A stretch of DNA of 64,000 nt from a virus. Both the position numbers and the translations under genes were made by a program. Below the pieces are notes generated by a model. The model did not search any database. It was given only the letters and a program-made list of their open reading frames with translations, and was not told the origin of the DNA. Shown here piece by piece: positions 9,715-18,853 of the stretch. The stretch lies in the IMG/VR virus record IMGVR_UViG_3300029319_000012, positions 1 to 64,000 of that record. One strand, written 5' to 3'. How positions within the stretch are numbered: the stretch's first letter is position 1; the number at the start of each line of letters is the position of its first letter.

Positions 9715-11270
9715 ATCCAATTATAGAAAAATGGAAACAATTTCTAAAAGAACAAGAAGAACAAGAGCCAGCACCAGTTTTAGATTTATCTAAAGAACTT
9801 GACTCTGGATTCTGTGATTTTAATCCTCTGATTAATCAATACGCTCAGTCGAGCCCAGATGGACTTGCAGAGATGCTTATATTTGTTGTAGCTACTCAGC
9901 AAATGCGCTGGTATGATGTTGTGCCCAAGTTTCCTTTGTTAATGCAACATCTTAGAGAAAAAGATATTTTGCTTGATCCTGAAGACGCATTTGTAAATGA
10001 TCAAGGCAAAACAATTTATAATATTCCAAAATCAATTGCGCAACTTACACTTGGACCTCGTAAAAATGCTATTCAATATATGTGGCAAAACAGAGAAAGT
10101 ATTTATTCTACTTTAAGACCAATGTTTGCAACTTATAATAAAGGTGGCGAGGATAGCTTAGCAAAAGAAGAAGCTCTTTTTAATATTTACTTAGAGTTTA
10201 TTAAGCTTCCAGGCTTGGGGCTTCCTAAGGCTGCTTTTGCTGCGCAGCTTATTGTTGGTCGTCTTGGCTGTATTGATTCGATTAACTTAAACTTATATAA
10301 AGGCTTGGACCCTGAGGGGCAGCTTATAACTTATGATAAAACCGGTCGTCCTTCGTTTAAAACTCCAGGCAAAACTAAAAAGACAGGTATCGTACAGATT
10401 ACGAAAGGCGGTGTTAAATTAGCGCAGAAGTATGTGCAATTTTTAAAGCATATCGCAGAAATGACAGGCACCACCGAAGCTAGCGTATCAAAACAGCTTT
10501 GGAACTCGTGGGTTGAGTTGGTCGCTCTTAAAATTAATAAGAAAGATGATATTACAGTTATCATGCCTGGTGGCAAAGAATACACTGTGCCAAATGACTA
10601 TTCTAAAAACATTTCAAAAGCTGATGTTAATCCTTCAGCTGCTTTCCGTAAAAAGTATATTGGTCGGATTACCGGCAAAGATATATCTCGACAGCACGAT
10701 CCAAGAAAGATGTTTGAGGGCGCAAAGAAATGGGACAGCTATGTTAAGGGCTTGATCAACGAAGCTTTGCCATATGGTGGCTATGAACCTGCTGCTATTG
10801 GTGGTGTCTCAAATCAAGGCACAACAATTCAACCACACGATACAAATGTGCAGACAGGAGTGGAGAAAGATACTTCAAAATCAATAAAAGCAGTAATGCA
10901 TCAAAATGGAAAAGTTCTTTTGCTTAAATGCAATGAGGATAAGCGAGGCTGGGATTTGCCAGGCGGTCACATTAAAGAGGATGAGAATCCACTGCAGGCG
11001 CTGCGTAGAGAGGTCTTTGAAGAAACAGGTTTACAGATTATCGACCCTAAAATAATACATGGCTATCAGCATGGTAAAAAAATGTTTGCAGAGGGCGGCT
11101 TTGGAGCCGGCGAGGTTATGCTGAGCAAAGAACACGACAGTCACGCATTCATGTCGATCAAAGAGATTAAAAAACAACGCATATCTGAAGCTTTTTTGAA
11201 GGCTATCGAGTTAGCCTTAGGTGAGAGCGCAGAAACTAGGAAGGTGAAAATTAAGATTAAAATGAGGTAA
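9711..11270 (+). CDS. HhH DNA-glycosylase-like domain fused to Nudix hydrolase
   Basis: HhH motif KLPGLGLPKAAF followed by CID; Nudix box GGHIKEDENPLQALRREVFEETGL. Confidence 0.7.
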   Translation: MNPIIEKWKQFLKEQEEQEPAPVLDLSKELDSGFCDFNPLINQYAQSSPDGLAEMLIFVVATQQMRWYDVVPKFPLLMQHLREKDILLDPEDAFVNDQGKTIYNIPKSIAQLTLGPRKNAIQYMWQNRESIYSTLRPMFATYNKGGEDSLAKEEALFNIYLEFIKLPGLGLPKAAFAAQLIVGRLGCIDSINLNLYKGLDPEGQLITYDKTGRPSFKTPGKTKKTGIVQITKGGVKLAQKYVQFLKHIAEMTGTTEASVSKQLWNSWVELVALKINKKDDITVIMPGGKEYTVPNDYSKNISKADVNPSAAFRKKYIGRITGKDISRQHDPRKMFEGAKKWDSYVKGLINEALPYGGYEPAAIGGVSNQGTTIQPHDTNVQTGVEKDTSKSIKAVMHQNGKVLLLKCNEDKRGWDLPGGHIKEDENPLQALRREVFEETGLQIIDPKIIHGYQHGKKMFAEGGFGAGEVMLSKEHDSHAFMSIKEIKKQRISEAFLKAIELALGESAETRKVKIKIKMR

Positions 11271-11273
11271 AAA

Positions 11274-12107
11274 ATGAGTTGGTTAACAAACAGATATAAT
11301 AAAAAGTCGGCAAAGCGCTATGGATGGCATCCATCATGGTTTCGTTCAGAGTTGACTGAGTTTGATGAAAACCTCGTTCAAGCCATTAAAAGATTTCAAG
11401 ACGATCATGATCTAAGTGTTGATGGTAAAGTTGGTCCAAATACATTTCGACGCCTATTGGCTGAACGAGACTTAGAAGAAGCAGATAATTTTATTTTGTG
11501 CGACGGTCAACAAGTTGATATTGATTGGGATGTTAAAATTGACCTATTGCCTAAAAACTGCTATCGCACAAATAGAAACAGAAGAAAGCCCAACATGATT
11601 GTTACTCATTGGGATGCCACAACCTCTGCAGAGAGATGCAAAAGAGTTTTGCAAGCTCGTAATATTTCATCACATTTTTGTATTGATAACGATGGTGTAA
11701 TTTATCAGTATGTCGATACAAACCATACAGCTTGGCATGCCGGCAAAGTCAATCGCTATTCAGTTGGCATTGACTTTACAAACGCATATTACTTAAAATA
11801 TTCTGACTGGTATGAGAAAAAGGGATTCGGTGAAAGACCAATCTGCAAAGACAGCAAGGTGCATGGCAGAAGACTTAAGCCGCACTTGGGTTATTATCCA
11901 ATTCAAATTAGAGCATATAAAGAACTGGTCAAGACTTTGTGTGAGCATTACAATATTAATTATGCTACACCGCCAATCGATGCAGTTTGGGATAAAGCAG
12001 CAACTGGCAGGTACAATGGTATAGTTTCCCACTATCACCTAACAAGAAATAAGATTGACTGCGCAGGGTTGAACTTGCAAGAAATTGTTAAGCAGCTGCA
12101 GAAATAA
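11274..12107 (+). CDS. Endolysin: peptidoglycan-binding domain + Amidase_2
   Basis: AIKRFQDDHDLSVDGKVGPNT (PG_binding_1); IVTHWD, SSHFCIDNDG, AWHAG, SHYHL...KIDC. Confidence 0.85.
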   Translation: MSWLTNRYNKKSAKRYGWHPSWFRSELTEFDENLVQAIKRFQDDHDLSVDGKVGPNTFRRLLAERDLEEADNFILCDGQQVDIDWDVKIDLLPKNCYRTNRNRRKPNMIVTHWDATTSAERCKRVLQARNISSHFCIDNDGVIYQYVDTNHTAWHAGKVNRYSVGIDFTNAYYLKYSDWYEKKGFGERPICKDSKVHGRRLKPHLGYYPIQIRAYKELVKTLCEHYNINYATPPIDAVWDKAATGRYNGIVSHYHLTRNKIDCAGLNLQEIVKQLQK

Positions 12108-12285
12108 CTTCTAGTCGATGTGCTCTAGCTATATCCACTAAAGCAAATCTTTTTGCAAAATCTTCATTTATCCAAATAATTTCGTATGATCGATTTCCAA
12201 CTTTTCTCTTAACAATTCCAACTGGTTTTTCTTTTTGTTTGTTGAGACCTTTTAATGTTACCAGGTCTCCGGTGTTTATATCCAA
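12088..12285 (-). CDS. Small SH3/KOW-like hypothetical protein
   Basis: 65-aa ORF, GDLVTLK...PVGIV...YEIIW beta pattern; TTG start. Confidence 0.5.
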   Translation of the reverse strand: MDINTGDLVTLKGLNKQKEKPVGIVKRKVGNRSYEIIWINEDFAKRFALVDIARAHRLEVISAAA

Positions 12286-12335
12286 AACATTTAACCCCTG
12301 TGCTTACTAATTATAATTACGGGAGTGCATGCTGT

Positions 12336-12551
12336 ATGTGCGAAAATAAATTTTTTAAAAAGCTTTTTATTTTTTCTTCGATATTTTTAATGCTCAGTTT
12401 GGTCGCCAACTCTGTTATTGTCTACGCAGCTTTTTCTACTGATCGAGAAAAAAGCACAGCGCAAGTAATCCAGAATCAACAAGAAAAAATTATTCATAAA
12501 CTAAAAAAGATGGATAAGAAAGTAAAAAAGCTAAGAGCTAAAAAGAAATGA
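12336..12551 (+). CDS. Single-TM membrane protein with coiled-coil tail (possible lysis accessory)
   Basis: GGGAG SD; one TM segment then basic coiled coil; close to the endolysin. Confidence 0.55.
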   Translation: MCENKFFKKLFIFSSIFLMLSLVANSVIVYAAFSTDREKSTAQVIQNQQEKIIHKLKKMDKKVKKLRAKKK

Positions 12552-13585
12552 GTTTCTCCCAAGACGCAAAACAAATTGATCGTTTTTTTAGAGAACGTTC
12601 AAAAGTGCTAAAAGTTAATTTTGATAAAGTTAATTTTCAAACAGTCAATTCTGGCTCTGTCGCTGGAGCTGGAAGTTTTTTGGCTGTTGATGATGAAAAA
12701 AACTTAGTTTTGGCTAGTCCTGCAGCTGCAACTCAACCAGTAACAGCTTTAAACAATCAAGCAGTCAGTAGGCTAGTCACTATTGGTGCTACTACTACCG
12801 AACTAGATGGCGAGGCAAATTTAACTTATGACGGCACAACATTTGTTATCGATGACGATACAAGATTAAACGACAACCACAAGTTTCACTTTGGCACAAA
12901 CAGTGATGCCCATATCGAATATGATGAAGATGGAAATGATATCTTGATTATATCTGGATCTGCTCAAGGCATTGTCCTAAAAGGAACAAAAGTTGAAATA
13001 GATGGTGTGCTTGAGGGAGGATCACCGCTTAAAATTGGTGGCGAGGTACAATTTGTTTCAACAGGTGAAGCCTCCGCTTTTAATTTTGGACCAAATGGTG
13101 AATCAAAAATATTTTTTGGTGATGATTCATTTTTAACTTTATCTGGATCAACTACAGGAACTGTCATTTCTGGATCTTCCCTTACAATAGAAACAACTAA
13201 AGGTATGGGCGTGGGTGTTGTTGGTGATGCAATCACACATGCAATTACTCTTCCAAACAATGATGACTCGACAGGAAGAATAAAAGCAAACGCTTTTGTT
13301 TCATATTCGTCACAAAGATACAAGAAAGATATAAAAATTTTGAATGATCCGATGGAAGTTTTAAATAAAATTGAAGGCGTTTCATTTAAATGGAAAGATA
13401 CAGATCGTTTAGATTATGGTTTTATTGCTGAGGATGTTGGAAAAGTGTTACCGAATATTGTTTCTTGGGAAAACAATAAACGTGATGCTCAAGGCATGGA
13501 CTATCTAAAAATTATTTCTTTTCTGGTTGAGGCTGTAAAAAATCAACAAAAAGAAATAAATAAATTGAAACAAACAGTTAAGTAA
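12548..13585 (+). CDS. Tail fibre-like protein with C-terminal Peptidase_S74 intramolecular chaperone
   Basis: YSSQRYKKDI...GVSFKWK...GFIAEDV...MDYLKIISFLVEAVKNQQKEI. Confidence 0.8.
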   Translation: MSFSQDAKQIDRFFRERSKVLKVNFDKVNFQTVNSGSVAGAGSFLAVDDEKNLVLASPAAATQPVTALNNQAVSRLVTIGATTTELDGEANLTYDGTTFVIDDDTRLNDNHKFHFGTNSDAHIEYDEDGNDILIISGSAQGIVLKGTKVEIDGVLEGGSPLKIGGEVQFVSTGEASAFNFGPNGESKIFFGDDSFLTLSGSTTGTVISGSSLTIETTKGMGVGVVGDAITHAITLPNNDDSTGRIKANAFVSYSSQRYKKDIKILNDPMEVLNKIEGVSFKWKDTDRLDYGFIAEDVGKVLPNIVSWENNKRDAQGMDYLKIISFLVEAVKNQQKEINKLKQTVK

Positions 13586-13667
13586 AAACTAGTTATTTCT
13601 TATGTGCGACATTAGAGCAGTGTAACGTTTTTTATTGTTTTTTCTCAGTTGTAAAATCTACTTAATG

Positions 13668-13693
13668 TGTCAGGTGCATTCGTGTATCTGGCG
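13668..13693 (+). promoter_or_regulatory. UUCG-capped 5'-UTR hairpin following promoter-like ATCTACTTA (13656-13664)
   Basis: tgtcaggtgca-TTCG-tgtatctggcg forms an 11-bp stem with G-U pairs. Confidence 0.5.
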
Positions 13694-13731
13694 TAAGATA
13701 AAATTTTACATTTTCATGGAGGAAAAATTTT

Positions 13732-16290
13732 ATGTCTAGTATTACTGCTACTCAGTTAGGTAAATTCCTAACTTTACAAAACAATTCAGGCTCGGCTGAT
13801 AGTACCGCGCCTGCAGGTGGTGTTGTTTTGTTCTCTTCTGGTTCCAACGCGGGCACCGGTTTAGATGCAAAGCTTTACCTACAAAAAGAAGGATCTGCTG
13901 ACGTTCACGAGGTCGGCGCGGATCTTAAGATTGCTGGTGATTCCGGCTCAAGCACTGTTTCTTTAGGTGCCGGTCAGACACTTACAGTCGCTGGTGCTGC
14001 TGCTAACGGTATTGACACTAGTGTTTCTGGGCAAACAGTCACAGTTGCATTGGATCTTAACGAGCTAGCTGCAAAAGCTAGTCCTGTTGGCGCTGACGCG
14101 CTTGGCTTAGTTGACAGCGCAGACGGCAACGCTACAAAGAAAGTTACAATCTCAAATCTTGCTGGTCTGATGGCTGGCACTGTAACCAGCACTGGTCTGG
14201 CTAACAGCTCTGGTGTTTTATCGCTTGATATTCAAAACATGACCGCAGCGGCTACTGTTGATGATGGCGATCTTGTTGTTATCGACGATGGCGCAGGTGG
14301 CACACTCAGAAAAATGACTCGTGCAAACTTTATTGAGTCTGCTGCTCTTGATAACATCGACATTGATGGTGGTGCTATTGATGGCGCTGCGATTGGCGCT
14401 AACGATCCATCTACTATTCAGGCAACAACTATTTCTGGTTCTTCTACTCTTAATGTTGTAGGCGTTTCTAGCTTTGGTCCAGCTGCTCAAACAACTATTT
14501 CTGCAGCTGGTGTTGTTTCCGGCTCTGGAGCATCGACACTTCACCAATTGACTGCTGATCGTGGTACTTTTACAGCACTTGTTGCTGACACATTGGATGT
14601 TAACACAATCAACAGCATAACATCGACTGTAAATGACCTTGAGGTCTCGGACAGAAGAATCGTTGCTGCCCTCGATGCAACATCTCTGCAGGCTGATGGC
14701 GGTGGTCTCCGAGTTGGTGGTGATGCATCCACCGCTGGTCACATGAGTATTCTCTACGATCACAGCAATACTGCTATGGACTTAAACGTTGGTGGATCGA
14801 CCATTGCGCTGCTCGATGCAAATGGTCTTGATGTAACTGGCGCCTTATCGGGCTCTGGTGATTCAACAATCCATAAAGTCACAATGGATCAATTGGTTGC
14901 TGCAACAGCTGATATCAATGGCGGCTCTATCGATGGAGCAACAATTGGTGCTGCCAGCCAATCTTCTGTCAAAGCAACAACTATTTCTGGATCAAGCACA
15001 CTTGGAGTTGCTGGTGTTGCTACTTTTGGTAGCGAGCGCCTAACAATTTCTGCTGTTGGTGTTCTTTCCGGTTCTGCTACAGCAACATTGCACAACGCTA
15101 CTTTAGACCAAGTTACAGTTGGATCTGCTGACATTAACGGCGGCAATATCGATGGCACTGCAATTGGTGCTACTAGCCAATCTTCTGTTAAAGCAACCAC
15201 ACTTTCTGGTTCGGGTGCTCTTTCTGTTGTAGGTGCTTCTAGTTTTGGTCCTGGCGCGCAGGCAGTGATTACCGCAGCAGGTGCCTTGACAGCCGCTTCT
15301 GCTACTCTTAATGGAAATCTTTCCGGCTCAGGCACTCTTATTATTGAAGGTGCTTCCAGCTTTGGTGCAGGTGCTCAGGCAACTATTTCTGCAGTCGGCG
15401 CGGCGGTTCTTGCTTCTGCAAAAGTTAGCGATCTTACAGACGGTCGTGTTGTTCTTGCTGGCACAAGTGGCGAGCTTGAGGACAGTGGTAACCTCACTTT
15501 TGATGGCTCTACATTAACTATTACTGGTGCTGTTTCAGGTTCAGGTAATATCAGTAGTGCAGCTGCTTTAAACGCAGCTAAAGGAGACTTTGGAGTTATC
15601 GGATCTGGTGCCAACCAAGGTGCTGCAGGCTCAAAAGTTGGATTTTTTGCTGGTAACCAAGGATCAGGCTTGGCTGCTCAAGGGTACTCCGCAGGCAACG
15701 GCGGCGTATCTGTTCTTGGCTCAAGTGGTAACATTCAAGCCGGCGGTAGCGGACTTTTTGAGAAAGGTCTCAATATTGGTCTTAATACTGCTAACCGCAG
15801 TGCGAACGCCGATGTTGTTTTCCACACTCAAACTGAAGACAACTTCTTTAAGCTTGATGTTGATCAAGATGATATTCGGATTGATGGTGCTAATATGCAA
15901 ATTGGCTTTGACAAAGATCCAGAGTCAGGTTACGCAATTGATGTTTCTGATTCTAGAACTCACAATAAAGTTCGAGCTGATGCTTTTGTCACTTACTCGG
16001 ATAGAAACCTCAAGACAGACATCACCCCAATGACTGATGCTCTTGATCGAGTTATGGCGCTTGAGCCAGTTAGATACGAAATGAAATCTGCCCCAGGCAA
16101 AGCTGATTTCGGATTTATCGCTCAGGACCTTGCAAAGGTTGCTCCAGAGGTTTGTGGATTTGACTCTAAAACTGGTGAAGGCAATGCTATCGACTACGGT
16201 CGTATGTCTGCGCTTCTCGCTGGTGCTGTCAAGTCGCAGCAGCTTCAAATTGAAGAGCTTAAGACAATTATCGCAAAATTACAAAAGTAA
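13732..16290 (+). CDS. Long tail fibre protein with Peptidase_S74 chaperone
   Basis: GGAGG SD; Gly/Ala/Ser/Thr-rich with internal repeats; C-terminal YSDRNLKTDI...GFIAQDL...IDYGRMSALL. Confidence 0.85.
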   Translation: MSSITATQLGKFLTLQNNSGSADSTAPAGGVVLFSSGSNAGTGLDAKLYLQKEGSADVHEVGADLKIAGDSGSSTVSLGAGQTLTVAGAAANGIDTSVSGQTVTVALDLNELAAKASPVGADALGLVDSADGNATKKVTISNLAGLMAGTVTSTGLANSSGVLSLDIQNMTAAATVDDGDLVVIDDGAGGTLRKMTRANFIESAALDNIDIDGGAIDGAAIGANDPSTIQATTISGSSTLNVVGVSSFGPAAQTTISAAGVVSGSGASTLHQLTADRGTFTALVADTLDVNTINSITSTVNDLEVSDRRIVAALDATSLQADGGGLRVGGDASTAGHMSILYDHSNTAMDLNVGGSTIALLDANGLDVTGALSGSGDSTIHKVTMDQLVAATADINGGSIDGATIGAASQSSVKATTISGSSTLGVAGVATFGSERLTISAVGVLSGSATATLHNATLDQVTVGSADINGGNIDGTAIGATSQSSVKATTLSGSGALSVVGASSFGPGAQAVITAAGALTAASATLNGNLSGSGTLIIEGASSFGAGAQATISAVGAAVLASAKVSDLTDGRVVLAGTSGELEDSGNLTFDGSTLTITGAVSGSGNISSAAALNAAKGDFGVIGSGANQGAAGSKVGFFAGNQGSGLAAQGYSAGNGGVSVLGSSGNIQAGGSGLFEKGLNIGLNTANRSANADVVFHTQTEDNFFKLDVDQDDIRIDGANMQIGFDKDPESGYAIDVSDSRTHNKVRADAFVTYSDRNLKTDITPMTDALDRVMALEPVRYEMKSAPGKADFGFIAQDLAKVAPEVCGFDSKTGEGNAIDYGRMSALLAGAVKSQQLQIEELKTIIAKLQK

Positions 16291-16312
16291 TTTGATTAGA
16301 TAATTTTAATCT

Positions 16313-16345
16313 GGGGGGTCGGAGTGATCCGGCTCCCCTTTTTTT
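16313..16345 (+). terminator. Rho-independent terminator
   Basis: GGGGGGTCGGA-GTGA-TCCGGCTCCCC hairpin with GNRA loop followed by T7. Confidence 0.85.
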
Positions 16346-16374
16346 ATTTTAACTATTTATTTAGAGGCGAGCAC

Positions 16375-16605
16375 ATGACCAACGAAGTTAATTTACAAAC
16401 ACTAAAAGACTGGTTTACATTTGTTGTTGCGGTTGTTGCAACTGTTGCCGGTGTTATATTCTGGGTTCAGTCAATTAATGATCCAAAGTTTGAAAAAATA
16501 GAGAAAGATATCCAAACTTTAAGAAGCGATATAAAACAAATCAGAGACAACAACAATGAGATATTAAGAATTGTTGGTCGGCTTGAAGGCAAGCTAGAAA
16601 ATTAA
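16375..16605 (+). CDS. Small single-TM coiled-coil protein (holin/XhlA-like architecture)
   Basis: AACTATTTA motif and GAGG SD upstream; TM FVVAVVATVAGVIFW then coiled coil ending GRLEGKLEN. Confidence 0.6.
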   Translation: MTNEVNLQTLKDWFTFVVAVVATVAGVIFWVQSINDPKFEKIEKDIQTLRSDIKQIRDNNNEILRIVGRLEGKLEN

Positions 16606-16616
16606 TTATTATAATA

Positions 16617-16718
16617 TTATTTAGCTAAAAACTTTAAGAGCATAAAAGGCAAGCTAAATAGAAAAAAAGTAAAACGAATGCTAAAAATCCAAACTGCGAT
16701 GTAAATTGCAACGTCCAT
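16617..16718 (-). CDS. 33-aa hydrophobic peptide (not in ORF track)
   Basis: MDVAIYIAVWIFSIRFTFFLFSLPFMLLKFLAK; GGAGG SD; TTGACT-16-TATAAT upstream. Confidence 0.6.
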   Translation of the reverse strand: MDVAIYIAVWIFSIRFTFFLFSLPFMLLKFLAK

Positions 16719-16734
16719 TTTGTCCTCCACTTAC

Positions 16735-16762
16735 ATTATAATAACTATTTTTGCATAGTCAA
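16735..16762 (-). promoter_or_regulatory. Sigma70-type promoter
   Basis: Minus strand TTGACT-16 nt-TATAAT. Confidence 0.6.
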
Positions 16763-16794
16763 TTGTACCAAACTATTTACCTAGAGGTAATTTT

Positions 16795-17736
16795 ATGAAA
16801 GTTGGTGATACTTTTAAACCAAAAAGCACTTTAAATCCAAAGATATGGGACCAAGAGCAGTTAAAAGGCGAAATTAGAGAGCGTCTAATGGAAATTGCCG
16901 GTGAGTTCTATGAGGGTCTTGATTTAAATGTCGCTGATATTGATGATATCACGTTTACTGGATCTCTTGCAAACTTTAATTACACAAAATTTTCTGATAT
17001 CGATCTTCATATCTTGATTGATTATAAAAAAATTGATGAAAATGAAGATCTAGTCAAAGAATACTTTAGAGCAAAGTCATCTTTGTGGAATCAAAAACAC
17101 AAAATCATGATAAATGGCTATGAAGTTGAAATTTATGTGCAAGATTCTGATGAGCCTCATCATTCATCAGGTGTTTATTCTGTTGAAAATGACGGATGGC
17201 TTGTTAAGCCAGTTAAATCTGACGTTGATTATGATGAAGAAGTTATTGACAAGAAGATTGATACGTTTGTTGGCAAGATTGAAGACGCGCTAGAGCTTTT
17301 TAAAGATAAAAAATATGAAGAAGCCCACGATTTTGCTAAAAGAACCTTTGAAAGAATCAAAAAATTCCGTCAAACTGGCTTGGAAAGGGAAGGTGAGTAC
17401 TCAACTGAAAACCTTACGTTTAAATATTTGAGAAATAATGGATATATTGAAGATATTTTGGATGTTCGAACACAATCTTATGATAAAATGAAGTCAATTG
17501 AAGGAGATTTTGGTAAAAAATATAAAATATTTGTTGATAAACCTAAAATTAAAGAGATTCATGGCTTTGATAGGTTAAATGAGCTTGAAAAGTTTCAAAA
17601 AAAGGTAAAAAGTCGACATCAGCGCATGAAAAAGCGTTTAATTGCACTTGGAAATCAAAAAACTGGGGCTGCTTACCCCGGCAAGCCAAATTATAAGCGT
17701 TCTAAGTCAGCCCCACCAGGCTTTGGAGGCACATGA
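16795..17736 (+). CDS. Pol-beta superfamily nucleotidyltransferase
   Basis: FTGSLANFNYTKFSDIDLH (GS...DxD) and third acidic residue in EVEIYVQD. Confidence 0.8.
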   Translation: MKVGDTFKPKSTLNPKIWDQEQLKGEIRERLMEIAGEFYEGLDLNVADIDDITFTGSLANFNYTKFSDIDLHILIDYKKIDENEDLVKEYFRAKSSLWNQKHKIMINGYEVEIYVQDSDEPHHSSGVYSVENDGWLVKPVKSDVDYDEEVIDKKIDTFVGKIEDALELFKDKKYEEAHDFAKRTFERIKKFRQTGLEREGEYSTENLTFKYLRNNGYIEDILDVRTQSYDKMKSIEGDFGKKYKIFVDKPKIKEIHGFDRLNELEKFQKKVKSRHQRMKKRLIALGNQKTGAAYPGKPNYKRSKSAPPGFGGT

Positions 17737-18842
17737 TGCATAAAATGTTCAATATTAAAGACATTTCAGGCAAGTGTGGACAAGCTGTGCGTCATGCCGG
17801 CGATTTTTTGCCTTATGCGCAGCAAAAATTAGGTTTTAACAAGCCTGTTGGCGTTAATTTTGTCTCAGACATGGAAAATGCCAAAGATCCTTTTGGAAAA
17901 ACAGCATATTACGACCCAAACAAGATGGAAATTACCGTTTATGTTGACAAAAGACACATAAAAGATATTTTACGATCACTTTCGCACGAATTGGTGCATC
18001 ATACACAAAATTGTCGTGGTGAATTTGATCGCGAGCATGAAACCGGACCCGGCTATGCACAAAGAGATCCACATATGCGCAAAATGGAAGCTGAAGCCTA
18101 CTTATTGGGTAACGGTTTTCTTTTTCGCGATTATGAAGACCAACTAAAGGAGAAAAAAACAATGGGACTCAAACTAGATGAAAATAAAGCTAATGAAGGC
18201 ATGGTGTATGAACCTGGCAGTCATAAGAGTTATAGTGGCACAAAACCCACAGATAAATCACTCAGCAGACTTAAAATGACTAGAACCAAACCGGCAGGAG
18301 ATGTTTCTTTGCCACCAAAAAAGAAAAAGCCGGCTGATCTTGACAAACTTCAAACAGAAGAAGAGATGGAGATGGTAAAGCATCCAAAAACAGGAAAAAT
18401 GGTTCCTAAATTTGCTGTTGACGGTGAAGGACCAAACGATGAGCTTTCTGAAGATAATCATGGTGATAAAAAGCCTAACATTGGCGACGAAAAGAAGCCT
18501 AACATTGGCGACGAAAAGAAAAAAAAGAAGCCAAAAAAGAGAGAAGGCGGCATGACTATTAGTAGACCTGGGGACATGACTGTCGGGTTAGAAGAAGGCG
18601 ACGAAGTTTCTGAAGAGCTAGGTCCAAAGGTGGCTACGCACAAAGGCAAGGCAGTTAAAAAGATCGTATCCCGAGGTGAGGTTGACACACACCCAGCATA
18701 TGATACACCGCAAGCTAAGCGTGCAAGACAGGGTAAAGGTAAATTAACAGTTGAGCCTGAAAAGAAAAAAAATGAAAACTGGGCAAAAGGCGATAAGCAC
18801 GAACTTCTTTTCGAAAGATTAGTTAAAAAGTGGGCTAAATAA
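17733..18842 (+). CDS. HExxH zincin-like domain with long charged low-complexity tail
   Basis: LRSLSHELVHHTQ...MEAEAY; Lys/Glu-rich C-terminal half. Confidence 0.7.
   Translation: MMHKMFNIKDISGKCGQAVRHAGDFLPYAQQKLGFNKPVGVNFVSDMENAKDPFGKTAYYDPNKMEITVYVDKRHIKDILRSLSHELVHHTQNCRGEFDREHETGPGYAQRDPHMRKMEAEAYLLGNGFLFRDYEDQLKEKKTMGLKLDENKANEGMVYEPGSHKSYSGTKPTDKSLSRLKMTRTKPAGDVSLPPKKKKPADLDKLQTEEEMEMVKHPKTGKMVPKFAVDGEGPNDELSEDNHGDKKPNIGDEKKPNIGDEKKKKKPKKREGGMTISRPGDMTVGLEEGDEVSEELGPKVATHKGKAVKKIVSRGEVDTHPAYDTPQAKRARQGKGKLTVEPEKKKNENWAKGDKHELLFERLVKKWAK
18471..18518 (+). repeat. 24-bp tandem repeat x2 (KPNIGDEK)
   Basis: aagcctaacattggcgacgaaaag repeated exactly twice. Confidence 0.9.
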
Positions 18843-18853
18843 GAGGTAATTTT

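Noticed and set aside
13974-16248. Several long antisense and alternate-frame ORFs within the tail fibre gene
   Set aside because: Expected shadow ORFs from Gly/Ala/Ser codon bias; no SD or protein-like features
12548-16290. Diversity-generating retroelement or invertible tail-fibre cassette
   Set aside because: No reverse transcriptase, invertase or near-identical template/variable repeat pair was seen
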